From positions 180,382 to 244,381 of the forward strand of contig JAUCBJ010007822.1 of the NCBI GenBank assembly GCA_032718475.1: a stretch of DNA of 64,000 nucleotides, written 5' to 3'. This document shows, piece by piece, positions 1-12,859 of this stretch (its first letter is position 1; each line of letters begins with the position of its first letter). Made by a program: the position numbers and the translations under genes. The stretch comes from Nemertoderma westbladi. Taxonomy: Eukaryota > Animalia > Xenacoelomorpha. Under the pieces are notes generated by a model. The model was not told the DNA's origin. It saw only the letters and a list, made by a program, of their open reading frames with translations, and did not search any database.

Positions 1-170
1 TTGCACCGGCGTGAGGCTATTTTATTTACACCATATTCTTTCGTACGTAGCTGGGCAACAATGCAATACCTCTTTAATCACACTATTTACGTAGCTATTC
101 ATACATAAACAAAATGTTCCAGAATATGGTGTTTTTATTTAATAGAATATAATAGCCTCACCCAGGTGCA
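1..170. repeat. Imperfect inverted repeat, MITE-like, within an ISCU intron
   Basis: 1-20 ttgcaccggcgtgaggctat nearly matches the reverse complement of atagcctcacccaggtgcaa (~152-171); acaccatattct pairs with agaatatggtgt. Confidence 0.45.
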
Positions 171-595
171 AAACCATGCAACTTTCTAACACCCGTATCT
201 CAGTTATTTTACGACGAATTTCAGATTGTGTTACATATTTGGAATCCTTGCACGGCCGCTTTCCGTCAATATCAATAAATTACTACAAGGTTGAAGAATA
301 ACTGGAATAACTGCGGTGTAACTGGTACCGGTGGTATCGGTGGAGTGGAGACAACTTTTTCAAAAGCTTGTAGCTAAAGAATGAAAACGAAAATAAATAT
401 TCTGGCTCACCCAGTAAGGAGGAGGGAGGTAAAAGTATCTATCTCTGTTTCAAATTCAATGTAATCTCAATAAGGTTTGTAGAAAAATTGGGGGGGGGGG
501 GGGGGGGGGGGGGCACATAGCCTTGCCGTATATGTATGGTCGGTATGGTGGTAAGAAAAAATAACGGTAGACAGAGAGATGTTAACCAGATTAAC

Positions 596-820
596 CTTCT
601 TTCCTTTGACCCATTCGGTTGCTAGACTGCTGCTAGCTATGGCTGATCCGCACCCGAATGTCTTGAATACCGCCTCAACTATCTTCCCTGCCTCATCCAC
701 TCGGATCTGTAGCTTCATGACGTCGCCACAAGCCGGCGCACCCACCAACCCAGTACCAACCAATGGGTTGCTTTTATCCAATGAACCAACATTTCTTGGA
801 CTCTCGTAGTGGTCCAACAC
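596..820 (-). CDS. ISCU: Iron-sulfur cluster scaffold ISCU, coding exon 2
   Basis: VLDHYESPRNVGSLD...GAPACGDVMKLQI...FKTFGCGSAIASSSLATEWVKGKK. CAG acceptor at 823-821 and GT donor at 595-594; 225 nt, phase 0. Remaining exons were not found in the window. Confidence 0.95.
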
Positions 821-1362
821 CTGCAACAACAAAAATAAACTCCCATTGCTGCCTCGTACAAATAACAGCCAATGGCCAAAGAATAATAATGGTATATATG
901 TCAGTATGTGGTTTTTTATAGACTTTCGGAAAGCATTTGATTCCCTCGTCGACAGAAAGATACCTGGATACTGCTCTACAAACTACCGGTATACTCTCAG
1001 TCTCAACTCAAGTCAGCAAGTAGGAAACAGCTGAACAAAGGAAAGCTACCGGTAGGCCTATTCATTCAATTTAACAAAGGCTCTTCTACAGAATAAAATT
1101 AAAATACTTGATGGTTTAAAACTTTGAACTTTCAAAGGTCCCGAATCTCCGTTGCCTTCTTCAAGATGACCGTTTGCGTAGGCAGTACTGGCAGACTGGG
1201 GGGTTGGGTAGGCCTACGATAAAATATACCGGTAGGCCTAATAGAAATAGATCAACTGCAGAACTGTAACATAATACTGTAATATACTGATATACCAGTA
1301 CCGGTAAAGCAGAAGGCCTATACCAGTATACCTGATCAGCTGATATCGGTAATCCAACCAAC

Positions 1363-1440
1363 CTTTTCATGGTATCCTTGGCGAGGTATTCGGTTTAAGG
1401 AAATCGCCCGCTTCCCGATTAACCTTCTCACAGGGATCAT
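1363..1440 (-). CDS. ISCU: ISCU coding exon 1 (mitochondrial presequence)
   Basis: ATG at 1440 gives MIPVRRLIGKRAISLNRIPRQGYHEK, then a GT donor. Joins in frame to VLDHY (conserved YHxK-VxDHY). Arg-rich, as expected for a targeting peptide. Confidence 0.85.
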
Positions 1441-2171
1441 TGTTACGTCTGTTTTAGAGCTCGTACGGGCAGACAGGTGTTAGCTGTTAGCCCTTTTAGG
1501 GCCTATGTCAGTACCAGAGTACAGTATGTTGTTTAGGCTAATTCCAAAATTCACACTGCGCAGCACAACGGCCAGACGGCAGACTGACGGAGCAGGAATG
1601 GCAGAGTCAATAAAATATTTTAAAATAAACTGACTGGCTGATGACTAAGATCAGAAGATGGAAGACTGTATCTTCTAAGTTCAGAAGTTCCTTTTACCTG
1701 TTTACTACAGTGACTGTGACTCTGGCAGCGCGGTCTGGCGGTAGGCTATTTCTGTATTTCAGTACCGATAGGCGGTATTTCAGTACAGCAGTCCTATCGC
1801 TTGGTTAGTACAATATGGTACTTCACCAGCATACTTTTTTTTACAACATAACTAAAGCAGTATAGTATCAGTTTCTTTTTACTGTTTATTTACTTTATAA
1901 TTTCTGAATTTAGAAATGTCTAATCTTTATCTTTATCCATTACAGTGAAGGCGTACTTGATTACCAATCGTTAATGGCACGATTATTGCACCTGCACAGG
2001 TGCAATAAGCTTCTGCTTCCTCCACCTCAATATTAAACATTAAATATTACAGTACAGCATTATGCAATGTGGGCTGTAACATAGATTTGATATATTGTAG
2101 ATACAGTAACAGATAGGGTAGGCTACAGTTAGATATCATATACAGTATTATATAATTTTGTTATAATATAT

Positions 2172-4428
2172 ACTACTGTACTACTACTACTAGGATCGGC
2201 ATGCTGCATTGCAGCTGCATTTTTAAGAATGCTGTGCTGGCTTATCGACAAAATTGCACCACCACAACTCCCTATCACCCAGACATTTGCTAGATCATCC
2301 GCATCTTCAAGGCCAGTGTCCTTTAAGATGCGTCTCAAGAAAGTCATGGGCTGTCCACCATGCTTATTCACTCCATGAGGCTGCCAAAGTACAAGATTAT
2401 GCACTGGTTGGTCCTCACGGCGAAAGCAATGTCCTGCAAAGCGGAGGCGATTTTGTTCTAGTGTCAAGCTTGGGGGAACCAATGAGACACCTCCAATGTT
2501 ATATAGTGTCTGGTTGGAGATGTGTGCGTTGTACTTGACACAATGAACCCGGCGTAGCATTCTTGTGAATGTGCCATCCAGAGATTTGGTGTCCTCAGAA
2601 GTTAGAGCCCAGCATGGACTCCCATAGAGGAGTACTGGAACTACTGCTGCTCTAAATAATCGGACCTTAAGTTTCCGATTAATTCTCGGTGACTTCCAAA
2701 TCCTGGAAAGCCTATTCAAGGCTGCCCATGCCTTTCCCTTACGTATTCGAAGGTCCTCACCTGACTTCCGGATCCATGATCCCAGGTAACAGAAGTCGTC
2801 CACATGCTCAAGCATACCATCTTTTGAGCTTATGCTCATCCGATCAGAGACTTGCTGAGGACTTTCAAAGTTAACTGTCAAAATTTTGGTCTTTCTGGAG
2901 TTAATAAAAAGACCAACACTAGAAGCAGCATGTTCTAATGAGCTGAGGAGCCGTTGGGCTCCCTCTAGTGATTCTGAGAGTACTGTCCAGTAGGTGGAGT
3001 TATTATCACCCCATAATCATTATGATGATCTAAGGACATGCGTAGAACATAGTCAACCACAATTATGAACAAGAATGGTGCAAATGTGTCTCCCTGGAGG
3101 ACGCCCATGGTTCTGTGTCACCGTCAACAGTAGACACAAATGTTGTCAAACCATCGTATACTGATCTAATTGCTGCAATAATTTCATCAGGAATCTCATA
3201 TAATGAAAGTATGCTGAACATACGTGAGCGAGAGACTGAATCAAAGGCCTGGAAGAAGTCAACAAAGATAACAGCCAGATGCCTGTCTTTCTTTTTTTGA
3301 TAACTCTTCAATTATCCTTCTAAGTGCCAAAATGGGCTCCATGGTCCCACGACCTTTACGGAACCCATTCTGATTTCCACGGAGCAGCCTCTCAATGGGA
3401 TCCCTGATGCGATTTAAAAGAACTCTATTGTATAGCTTTGCAGCAATCGAGATCAATGAGATTCCCCGAAAAGAACCATATAGTGTTAGGTTGCCCTTCT
3501 TGGGAACTGGCACCAACTTATTTGTTTTCATTTCTTGTGGGACTCTTGTTGTACGGTACATGTCTACTATGATGGGATAGATGAGCTTTAAACACTCAGG
3601 TATTTTAAAGACCTCAGGAGGAACACCATCTACTCCACTGGCACGATTGGTCTTAATGCTTTTTGCAGCAGCCTTCACTTCTGCAAAGGAGATATCGCCA
3701 ATGGGAATATCTGGGAGTACAGACTCAGACACTTTTACTTCTATAAAGTTATCAGGCAATACCCTGTCATTATTGAGGAGCTTTTCAAAGTGGGCCTTCC
3801 AACCATTGAGGCGATCGGCTGGTGATGTAGCTTAACCTTGGTGGTTGGTTGGCTTTTCCGACCAGGAAGCAAGTTGATCGATTTCCATGCCTGGGATGAT
3901 TGCCTGCTGTCGTCAGCATCATTGATGGCATCAACCTGTTGGTTTATTAGCTCCTGTAGATTAACAGAGTACTGCCTGTTCAGGGACCTAGATGCAGCCT
4001 TAACTGCATTCTTGGCCGCTGTAGTCTGTTTGATTCGGGACTCTTTCTGCGCCTTATATAGGTCATTTCGGCACTTCTGGATTTTGTTGTCAGTCCAGGG
4101 GGCCCTTTTCCTGTTTCGAGGGTATACAGGAACTGTTTCTGCAGCTGCTAACTTAACTGCTTCTGTGAAGGCAGTATAGCCCTCACAGTGATCTGCCGCC
4201 TCAGAGGCAAGAACCTCATACCTGTTGCTCAGCTGTAGTGTGAAGCTGGATCTCACACTTGGCTGTTGCAACAGAGAGGACCAGTCATGCCGCGGCAAGG
4301 CAGATTTCGTTTTTCTGCTAGCACGCAGACTAAGTCTTACCTTGGCCACAATAAGGCAGTGATCACTGGAGAAGGGTCGAAGTGTAAATGCATTACAGTC
4401 TTGTATAGAGCTCCTGTACTTCCTATAT
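2172..4428 (-). mobile_element. Decayed RTE-like non-LTR retrotransposon (APE C-terminus + RT), frameshifted
   Basis: Fragments: SDHCLIV (APE end), FRGISLISIAAKLYNRVLLNRI, NQNGFRKGR, FVDFFQAFDSV, FCYLGS, RLRFAGHCFR. Short (TAG)n-like tail at ~2172-2192. Confidence 0.85.
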
Positions 4429-4477
4429 GATGTTATAATATATTACATCATTGCTATAATATACCAGTGTTATATAA

Positions 4478-4979
4478 ACCTAACCCAGGAAGAGGAAGCA
4501 CACTTGGTTCAGGTGTAACAAAAGGACCCCTACAGTTGGCAGCAGGGCTGTAGGCCATGGATAGGCGGAAGGTAATCAACCAACGGCTAGACATGCTGAC
4601 AAGGTCGGCGAAAGGTAATCAACCAACGGCGACCTAGCGAAGACGCTTGTAGGAGTTGCGACCACAAGCGGTTTACTCTCGCAACTGAAAGATATGAGTA
4701 TGAGAAACCTCCAGGAGAAATACCGGCTCGGTCGTCGCCCGGGTCAACAAGGACCGCGTCCCTCAGTGGTACACCAGGCTGGGGTCGATAAATTGGCTAC
4801 TGGAACAGAAGACAGAGAAGAAAGAAGAACCAACCTGCTGAAATGTAAAAAGACACTAAAGATTGCTACAATGAACGCACATACCCTGAAAGCACATAAC
4901 AAACAGGGTGACATGGTCGCTCTGGCAATGGAATATAACATCGACATCATCTGCATCCAAGAACATTGGATTTGTCATA
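4478..4979 (+). mobile_element. 5' UTR and APE N-terminus of an RTE-like LINE, inverted relative to the body
   Basis: ORF 4694 has LKIATMNAHTL...DIICIQEH (APE motifs I-II), preceded by a hairpin-rich leader. Confidence 0.75.
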
Positions 4980-5080
4980 ATTGGATAATTGATTGGAAAG
5001 GACGTAATTAATTGGATAATTGATTGCTCTGGAAGCAATTATCCAATTAATTGCGCCCATCGCCCAACCCAATCAATTAT
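4978..5080. repeat. Small palindromic MITE-like element, split by A1 (right end continues at 45983-45995)
   Basis: Left arm ataattggataattgattgg. The right arm ccaatcaattatcctattat is restored by removing A1 and one ATTAT copy. Confidence 0.6.
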
Positions 5081-6308
5081 TGTAAAAGCTTTTGCTGAAT
5101 TGCCCGGTTATTTTTCCTTATTTTTCCCGTAAAATACTCTGTAGTTGGTTTAATAGGCGTAAGAGGCCGTATTATTGCTGTATCGGTGTTTTTAGAGGAT
5201 CTAAGAGCTATTTCTTCCGTATGTGTACTGTGGAAGGCATAGTTGATGATTCTATGGCAATTCCTTGACGCAAAAGGGGCTAGATACTCTTGAACAGTAG
5301 TTACTATGACGACGGTTAACAGCTGATATTCATACGTGTCGATTTTCTTTGTTCTACGGCATCTCTTAGTTCAGTCAACCAATCAGAGCGTTTTTACGGC
5401 TCTTGTGCAGAAATTTCCGAGAAATCACGCAATGCTTTATGGGCAGTGTTATCATTCTGTCCTGAGCCAGGAAGAACGGCTTTGGAATATTTTGTGCTGT
5501 TCTGCTTTTAGCCTAACACTAGTAGGCTTAATTATAAGGACATATATCCGTTATCATAACACACTGTGCAACTCAATACTTACCTACTAACCTAACTCAA
5601 CTGGGCAATGCATATATCTTGTTGTACATACTTTTATATTGTTATACTGCTATTTACTGTCGATTATTCATTATATGGTGATGAAATATTATATTGGAAT
5701 AACGAGAAATAACCCCGAAACCCCAATATTCTTGATATACCGAAGGTAAGAGAGAAAGGTTACATATAACGATTGTGACTTATGTTAAAGTGGTTTGAAG
5801 TGAATCTAATGTTATTTGATAGACCCTACATGAGTCGGTCCGTGTTCCTTTTATATGTGACTAAAATCAGTGAAGATCGGCAGATCAGTGTGCAGTATTG
5901 TGCAGCATTGTGTATGAGTGAGACTGATAACGAAGCATTTCCTAAAGAATGCGCCATATATGTGAATTGTAACTAAGCCATATCGTTGCGTGTAGTTTAA
6001 GTCATAGCTCTGTTTATATAGATAGAGCGCCACGTCCAAAAGGAACTGTTAATATTCCCCGAAGGTGAATAATATTGTCAGAGATTATATAATACTGTCA
6101 GTCGAATAATACATTAGGCTTACATAGCAATACGATTAAGCTGTCGAAATCAATCTCCCGGGTATATCCAACGGGTGAATGATCGCGCACAGATTGGTTT
6201 CAACTAGTGTAGTGAATCAAATACTTGTCAGAGGCTAAAAGCGATTTATTATCTAGAAGACATCCTAATTTGGCGGGTTAAACTGCCAAAGGTCTGAAAG
6301 CGCGAACA
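5081..6308 (+). repeat. A1 5' LTR (1228 bp)
   Basis: tgtaaaagc...gcgcgaaca; near-identical to 15927-16537 plus 45366-45982. Confidence 0.95.
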
Positions 6309-6319
6309 ATAACGGATAT
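6309..6319 (+). promoter_or_regulatory. A1 PBS position (ATAACGGATAT), complementary to LTR 5544-5554
   Basis: Immediately follows the LTR; no TGG; exact 11-nt reverse complement inside the LTR. Confidence 0.75.
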
Positions 6320-6596
6320 TGCTTCTGTATTGCAATAGGCAATAAAGCTGAAGTACCGGCAACCGGTACCCAGTAGGCCTGACTACCTAACCACCCGGAC
6401 CGGTACATACAGCAGTACAGGTACAGCAGTATTATTCGATTTTGATAATTATATACCGGTAGGCCTTAATAATTAATCAGGGACTGCAGCCCTGGTTTTT
6501 TATTGAGATTTTTACTTATTTCTGTCAAGTTTTATTTGTTTGAAGGCCAGTATTGAACAGAAGGCGTGTAAGCCTGATCAGATTGTACAGACAATT

Positions 6597-7150
6597 TGTA
6601 GGCTGAGCTGTTGTCTGATTGCTGTTAAGTCTGAACGGATTGCAGTGTGTGTAGATCACCTGTCCGATAAAGAACGGTTAGGAAGTAGGGGCAGCGAATG
6701 CTGTAAGGTAAACCCCCAATTAAAGAATAAGTCGTACTACTGGGTTAGAACGCATACTACCTAATTATTTCGGAGTCTGCATGTCCTGTAGTTTATTTAG
6801 GCTTGAGAGTAGTCTGCCATCGTTTAGTCTGTACTTTGTTTGTGTAAGTCTGCACGGGTAGCGTATAATTTTATTTAGATAATTTGTAGGCTGGATAGTT
6901 GTCTGGCTGTTGTTGGGTCTGAACGGATTGCAGCGTGTGTAGATCACTTGTCCGATAAAGAACGGTTAGGAAGTAGGGGCAGCGAATGCTGTAAGGTAAA
7001 CCCCCAATTAAAGAATAAGTCGTACTACTGGGCTAGAACGCATACTACCTAATTATTTCGGAGTCTGCATATACCGTAGTTTGTTTAGGCTTGATAGTAG
7101 TCTGTCAGTGTTCGGTCTGCATTTTGTTTGAGTAGTTTGTACGCGTAGCG
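6597..7150 (+). repeat. ~289-bp tandem duplication in the A1 leader (also in A2 at ~39740-40300)
   Basis: gtccgataaagaacggttaggaagtaggggcagcgaatgc... occurs at ~6662 and ~6949. Confidence 0.85.
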
Positions 7151-8472
7151 TAATATTTATTATTCAGAGTTTATGTGATTATTCGCAACATTCATTCCCC
7201 AAGTTTGTTCCTACAGTAATTGTGTTTGTTATACATGCCGTTATAGTTAAACTAACCCCGGTACTACACGGGCTGCTTGGCGTAGGTAAAGACTGGTGAT
7301 TTTGTGCACCGGTCACTCCAGCAGATGCCGTGGTTCTTTTAGCTGTTCAAGTATATTTAACTACTGATTATCTGTTGTACAAGTACTCGTACCTAATTTA
7401 GGGTTTAGTGTACAGTGCTTTCCGAAGGTAATTAGTGTGTAGGCATTATATTTGTGTTGTAAAGTGGTTGATAGGCACGTTCGATTAGCTCTATTAACTT
7501 CTAGGTAGGAACACTCCGTGATACATAACGTAGTACCTATAGTGATACGGCTATAGGTCGTCAGGCGGTGGTATTTTCCTATCTGGACAACGCAGTGTAT
7601 TTACTACTACTTATTATTTTCAAATACCGTAGTACCCTGTCCGTTGTAATAACCAGATTCTAACCCTTTGTCAGGCTGGTTTGTAGACTTCTTGTAAAAT
7701 TACCCTAAAAATTCGTATTTTGTGTTTTTTGTAAATTTTTGTGTTTATTTAGAGATTGTAATCTCAACCCGAATCGTAAGTAATTTGTAGATAAGTAACT
7801 TAGAAAGTAGAATTATTTGTTTTAGTGTCCTATAAGTAGCACTTCACTGAAAGCGCACCACTTTGTGTAGTGATTACTCCCCAGAAATAATAACATTTAT
7901 TTCAAATACTGACAAAACCCATTAAACGGGTATATATATATATTATAAATCAAATCTAACGATTTATAAATAGTAGGCCTGCCATACAACAATTAGGTCT
8001 CAATATCAGTTGGACTACTGCTTCAATAACGGTAAAAAGTAAGTCAAAGTAACCAAGTAACCCTTAAAATTCAGAAATTCAATTATTTAAATAATTGACA
8101 TACTGGTATTTACGATAGGCCTATTATATATATATAAATTTAGGCTGAAATTATACCGGTACTCTGTAATTAATTCTAGTCCAGAATTATACTTATATAT
8201 ACTATAAGTGTAGGCTGTATACCGGTATTCCCGATAGGCCTATTATATATTTCTATATTTGTGCTAAAATTATACCGGTATTCTGTGATAAACCTAGTCT
8301 GTAATAATACTTATATATACTATAAGCATACCGGTATTCTAATATTATATATATATCACGCTACACTGAGTAGCAGTATCGGTAATTAATTACTAGGCTA
8401 GCCGTTAATGCTGAATTACTAGACTTGCTTAGACTGTAATATAGCAGTAGGCATTGAACTGTACAATCAAAC

Positions 8473-11400
8473 ATGTCTGACTCACAACAAACATTGTCAG
8501 ATAGTCTTTTAGAGGGTGTTAGAATGAGTATTAGACTTAGACAGCGTCTTAAAAGGATCTGTGACCAAGATCAAAGTATGGAACATCCCAGACCAAAGTC
8601 TAAGTCCCCTCCTACTGTGCGAAAGATCATCCCTCAAGTAGTAGTATCAGACCCTAGGCTAGTCCAACATCGTAGGTCTATCATAGGCACTCGAGCTCAG
8701 GTCAAGCGGGACCAAGAAGCAGCGGAACCTCAACAACCCGCGAGCCAAGAACTTACTTCTCAACAGCCCGATAGCTCCAGTAGTTCGGATACTGTTGAGC
8801 GGACGCCCGAACGCGGAGCGAAGATGGCGGATAAGGTTTATGATGAGCGGCCAACCTATGAAGAATCAACCGACGCCACTTCTTCCCAAGAAGAAAGCGA
8901 AGTGACAGCAGAGAAACCGCATAAGAGGGATGCTATTGACATCTATCTGTCAGACTATCAACGCTTTGTAGGAGATGAAGAGTTGAGGAGAAGGCTGGAG
9001 GGGCTTAGCCCTAATGGTGAAGGAACCAAGCTTGTGCTGGACGCAATCGATGCGGAACCAAGCTAAATTTGATGAACTCCTCCGCATCACTAAGGTTCAA
9101 GAAGAACAAGTAAAGAAAAAACGTATAGAAGATAGAAAGACAGCAGCAGCGGCAGTGGCAGCGGCAGAAGCGGATAGAAAAGCGGCAGCGGCAGAAGCAA
9201 AAGCGGCAGCTGCAGCAGTAGAAGCAGAAAGAAAAATAGCAGTGGCAGAAGCAGAACGGAGGGCATCTGAAGAGACAACCCAACTTGAGTTGGAAAATCT
9301 TCAAGAGAAGCAAGACAACTTCAGTAAACAGTTAACAGCTAGTAATATGCAGATGATGAATCGATCTACTCCCAAAAGACAAGGTTATACATCATCTGAG
9401 GAAGGCGATACCACCGATACTGAAGGCAAAGGAAATGGATCTCGTCTAAGCAGACGTAGAAGAACATCCCACCGTCAGAAATTGCCTGATTTGCCTCCAG
9501 CTGTTAGAAGGCAACTAAATAACACCAACTTAGGTAGTACAGAACCCACAGACCAAATAATTAAAATAGAAAGACTCCCTACTATAGTAGATGAGCCTGA
9601 AATAATTAGGCCTGTTCTTGAAATCACCCCTTCGGTGATAGACACACCTGTGCTCCCTGAAGCTACCTCTAAATTCCCTCTGCACAGCACTAAGCTACCT
9701 GTGCCCAGCAGAACAGCCCATGAGACAGTTCATGCCCTGGACTCCGAGCGAAATATTCATGATTTATCGCCCGTTGTCCCTCGTCCGCCCGCTACAACGT
9801 TGGCGACTCCCGCTTCGGCGGTCGAATGGGTGGACGAGGGACGGCGGGGGATGGATCTCCTGCTCGGGCAGATGCAGGAGACTGTTCAGCAATTCAAAGG
9901 CACAGTAAGGGAAAGTAGGTTAGAGTTGCAAAAGGTGCAGCAAAGTATCGCGTTAGAACGCGATAAATTAGTGAACACACAAAAGGGTATACCACCACCC
10001 CCTGTAACAATGTGTCAACCCGTTAGGTCTGAAGTATCCCATGCGCAAGGTGTGGAGCCTACACGCATCTATACTGCTAGCGAAGTAGAAACTCCTATAG
10101 TAAACCCTATTAAGGGTAATTATAAACCTGTTGATAATGATATCTCATCTAGACTTGATAATAATCCGAGAAACTTATATACCGATAATTCTCTATTCAA
10201 TAATACAATGGCCCAAGAAAGTTTTACACGTCAAATGGCTAGAACCGAAGCCCGGCAAGCGGTAAAGGTGGGAGAGATCGTCAAGTTTAATGGAGATGAG
10301 ATGAAATGGTTACCTTTTAATGAATATTACAAAGATAACATTCAGAACTCTGTACTATCCAACGGAGAGAAACTTAGATTTCTCATCGAGTGCTTGGAAG
10401 GACCTCCCAAGTCAATGGCGTTAAAATTTATTGGACATCCAGATGGATTAAGACAAGTTTGGGATACACTAAACATCAGGTATGGTAATAGGACTAACAT
10501 AGCTAGGTATTTATATGCGAAATTAATGGCGCCCCGAAAGTTTCTTAGCAGCGGGATTATAGAGTTTTCCGATGAGATTCAGGAGATCTGTAGACAACTA
10601 GATTGGTTAGGTAAGTCTCATGAATACCAGAATTCTATGGTTGTAGGAGCCTTAGCATCTACTTTACCAAAGGGTGGAGTAGGTACACGCTGGGACAAGA
10701 AGGTGTTATATATGATGGAACAGCAACAACGAGACCCTACCATGGCTGATCTCATGTCATTCCTAGATGGAGAAGTGAAATTACAGCTCCTAAAACAGTC
10801 TAGAGAGAAGACACCGGAAAGTAAGGTAAGTGAGAAACCCGTTTCTAGGAGAAGGGTAACACCAGTATGTTATACCGACGACGGTGAAAGCCAAACCTCT
10901 CAAGGAGAGGACAGCGGGAAAGACACTGACAGGTCTTATTATGTCAATAAAATGCCTAAAGATCAGGTAAGTAAATCCAAGTCTCGACCCAATGACAGAA
11001 GGGAACCGGTACAAAAAACCCCTCCTATGTCTCCTAAAAGAATTCAGGTGAGAAAGCCCGAGGAAAGAACAAGTGTGCACCACATAGCACAGGTTAAAGT
11101 AAGTAACATCAAGCCGAAATGTGTGCTGTGCGACGGGCCCCACCGTTTGAATGTGTGTGATGAATTCCTGAGGAAATCACTCGAGGATAGACGTGAAGTC
11201 ATGTGGGATAAGCGGTTGTGTTATAATTGCCTCAGACGAGGACACCAACGGCGAACCTGTTACTCCGACGCAAGGTGTGCAAAGTGCGGCGCAAAACATC
11301 ATATCTTGTTGCACACGGAATTCGAACGAAACAGCCCGAGTCAGGTAAGTGAGTCTGAACTACATGTCCAATTCAGTGATGTGAACGACACTGATCAATC

Positions 11401-12859
11401 TGAGATGGAAGGATTCTATACGGACGAATTCTCCGACCAAAACGAATCCTGTTACCTAATAAACACCACCGCAGTGTATCGAGCACTCGTGCATGAGAAA
11501 GACACAGACAGCGACCTTACCTTAACTACTTCTGATCAACAACCATCTTGGAAAGCGCCAACTTCCAATATAGGAATCCGAGAATTTCCTGTAGTCCAGT
11601 TACGGGTCCACGGACCTCAGAAGAGCTATATAGTGAACGCCCTCCTGGACTCCGGTAGCACAGGAACATTCATCGATAAAGAACTAGCCGAAGTCATCTT
11701 TGCTGGACAACCCAAGTTCCGAACCAAGCTAAACATGTCAGGGATCATGCAGGTTTGGAATTCTACTGTAGCTGCCGACTATTATATAGGTGAGTTGTCC
11801 ACTCCACAGGATAAACTAGGAGAATACAGTATAAGGTCAGTAAAAATGGTGGCAATAAAGAACTTCGCTACCACCCAAGTGGAACCTTATAATTGGGACG
11901 AAGATGATCATGTCCAACAACTTAACATCCCTAGATTCGACACCGATTATCCTGGAGTACAAATATTAATCGGTCAAAACGCGCATGAGGCGCTGGAGAC
12001 ATTAGAGAAACGACCTACTCAACCGCAACCACTTCAGACCTATGCGGTAAGAACTAGAGTAGGTTGGTACCTTACTGGACCTTCCCGAAGAACGCTCAGA
12101 GAAAGACTGCTTCAAGATCGCGTCTGCCAGGTGAGTGAATGGGAAGATGATACTAGTGAGGGAGACGACCCAACTGAGGGAACACCACACTCCTCAGATA
12201 ATGACAATCTTAACTCCAATGTAGATCAATGGAGATATTGCCCCAAGACGATGAATATAGCCGACATCGCTTCCAGAGGAGCAACTCCTCAAGAACTGAC
12301 AGATACTCCAGACCGGCTAGGTGAACCCGACTTCCTGAGTAAGGAGGATGAATGGCCTCCCCATCTTACTCCGACTGAGATTAGACCAGCCAAGGGAGCG
12401 GAGAAAGTCAAACCTAAAACCCGGACGGGTGGATCGGAGTTATTTGAACCCGGGATAGATCTGTCGGTATTACATATTGCCAGGGACGACGCCGTGGATC
12501 TGGACCTCCCCACCGCGAGTGGATCCTTCATGAAGATCAGAGGGAGCGATTGGAGCTCTGGAACATCAGACGTCTCGCAGGGACTCTTACCTCTCCTGCA
12601 GGGAGCGACGGACCACTATAGCTCCTGGAATCGGCTTTGTAACGCCGTCATATACTTTGAGCGATGTTTCTATCGTCACTATTCCAGGACGAAGAGGAAA
12701 CCTGGAATTGTATTCGGGATGCAGCGACTCAATCACCCAGTCGGTCGTTTGTGTTTACCGGAAGGGAATGGAGGACTCTCCGGAAACTGTGGAAGGCAAG
12801 ATTCTCTTCCCACGACCACCTCCCTAATCCTTCAAACATCTAGAGACTCCATAACGTAA
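8473..12859 (+). pseudogene. A1 Gag-protease polyprotein with internally deleted pol; frameshift at ~9056
   Basis: KFNGDEMKW..F (BEL Gag), three Cys/His knuckles (CVLC..H..C, CYNC..GH..C, CAKC..HH..LH), LLDSGS protease, RNase H tail WRYCP..NIADIASRG, integrase tail HPVGRLCL. No RT YxDD. A 14-nt deletion relative to A2 shifts the frame. Confidence 0.88.

Noticed and set aside
467-595. Poly-Pro C-terminus of the ISCU ORF
   Set aside because: Intron read-through across a poly-G run after the GT donor at 595.
1983-2008. 12-bp perfect hairpin as a Helitron end
   Set aside because: No CTRR terminus nearby; more like a LINE/SINE 3' tail remnant.
5450-5560. Hammerhead or twister ribozyme in the A LTR
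   Set aside because: No CUGANGA/GAAA core. gcctaacac resembles a twister start, but the downstream core and pseudoknots are missing.
5336-6039. Short ORFs recurring in LTRs (MSIFFV.., MLKWFE.., MHLSVP..)
   Set aside because: They recur only because the LTRs are duplicated; not conserved in the diverged C LTR and no recognisable motifs.
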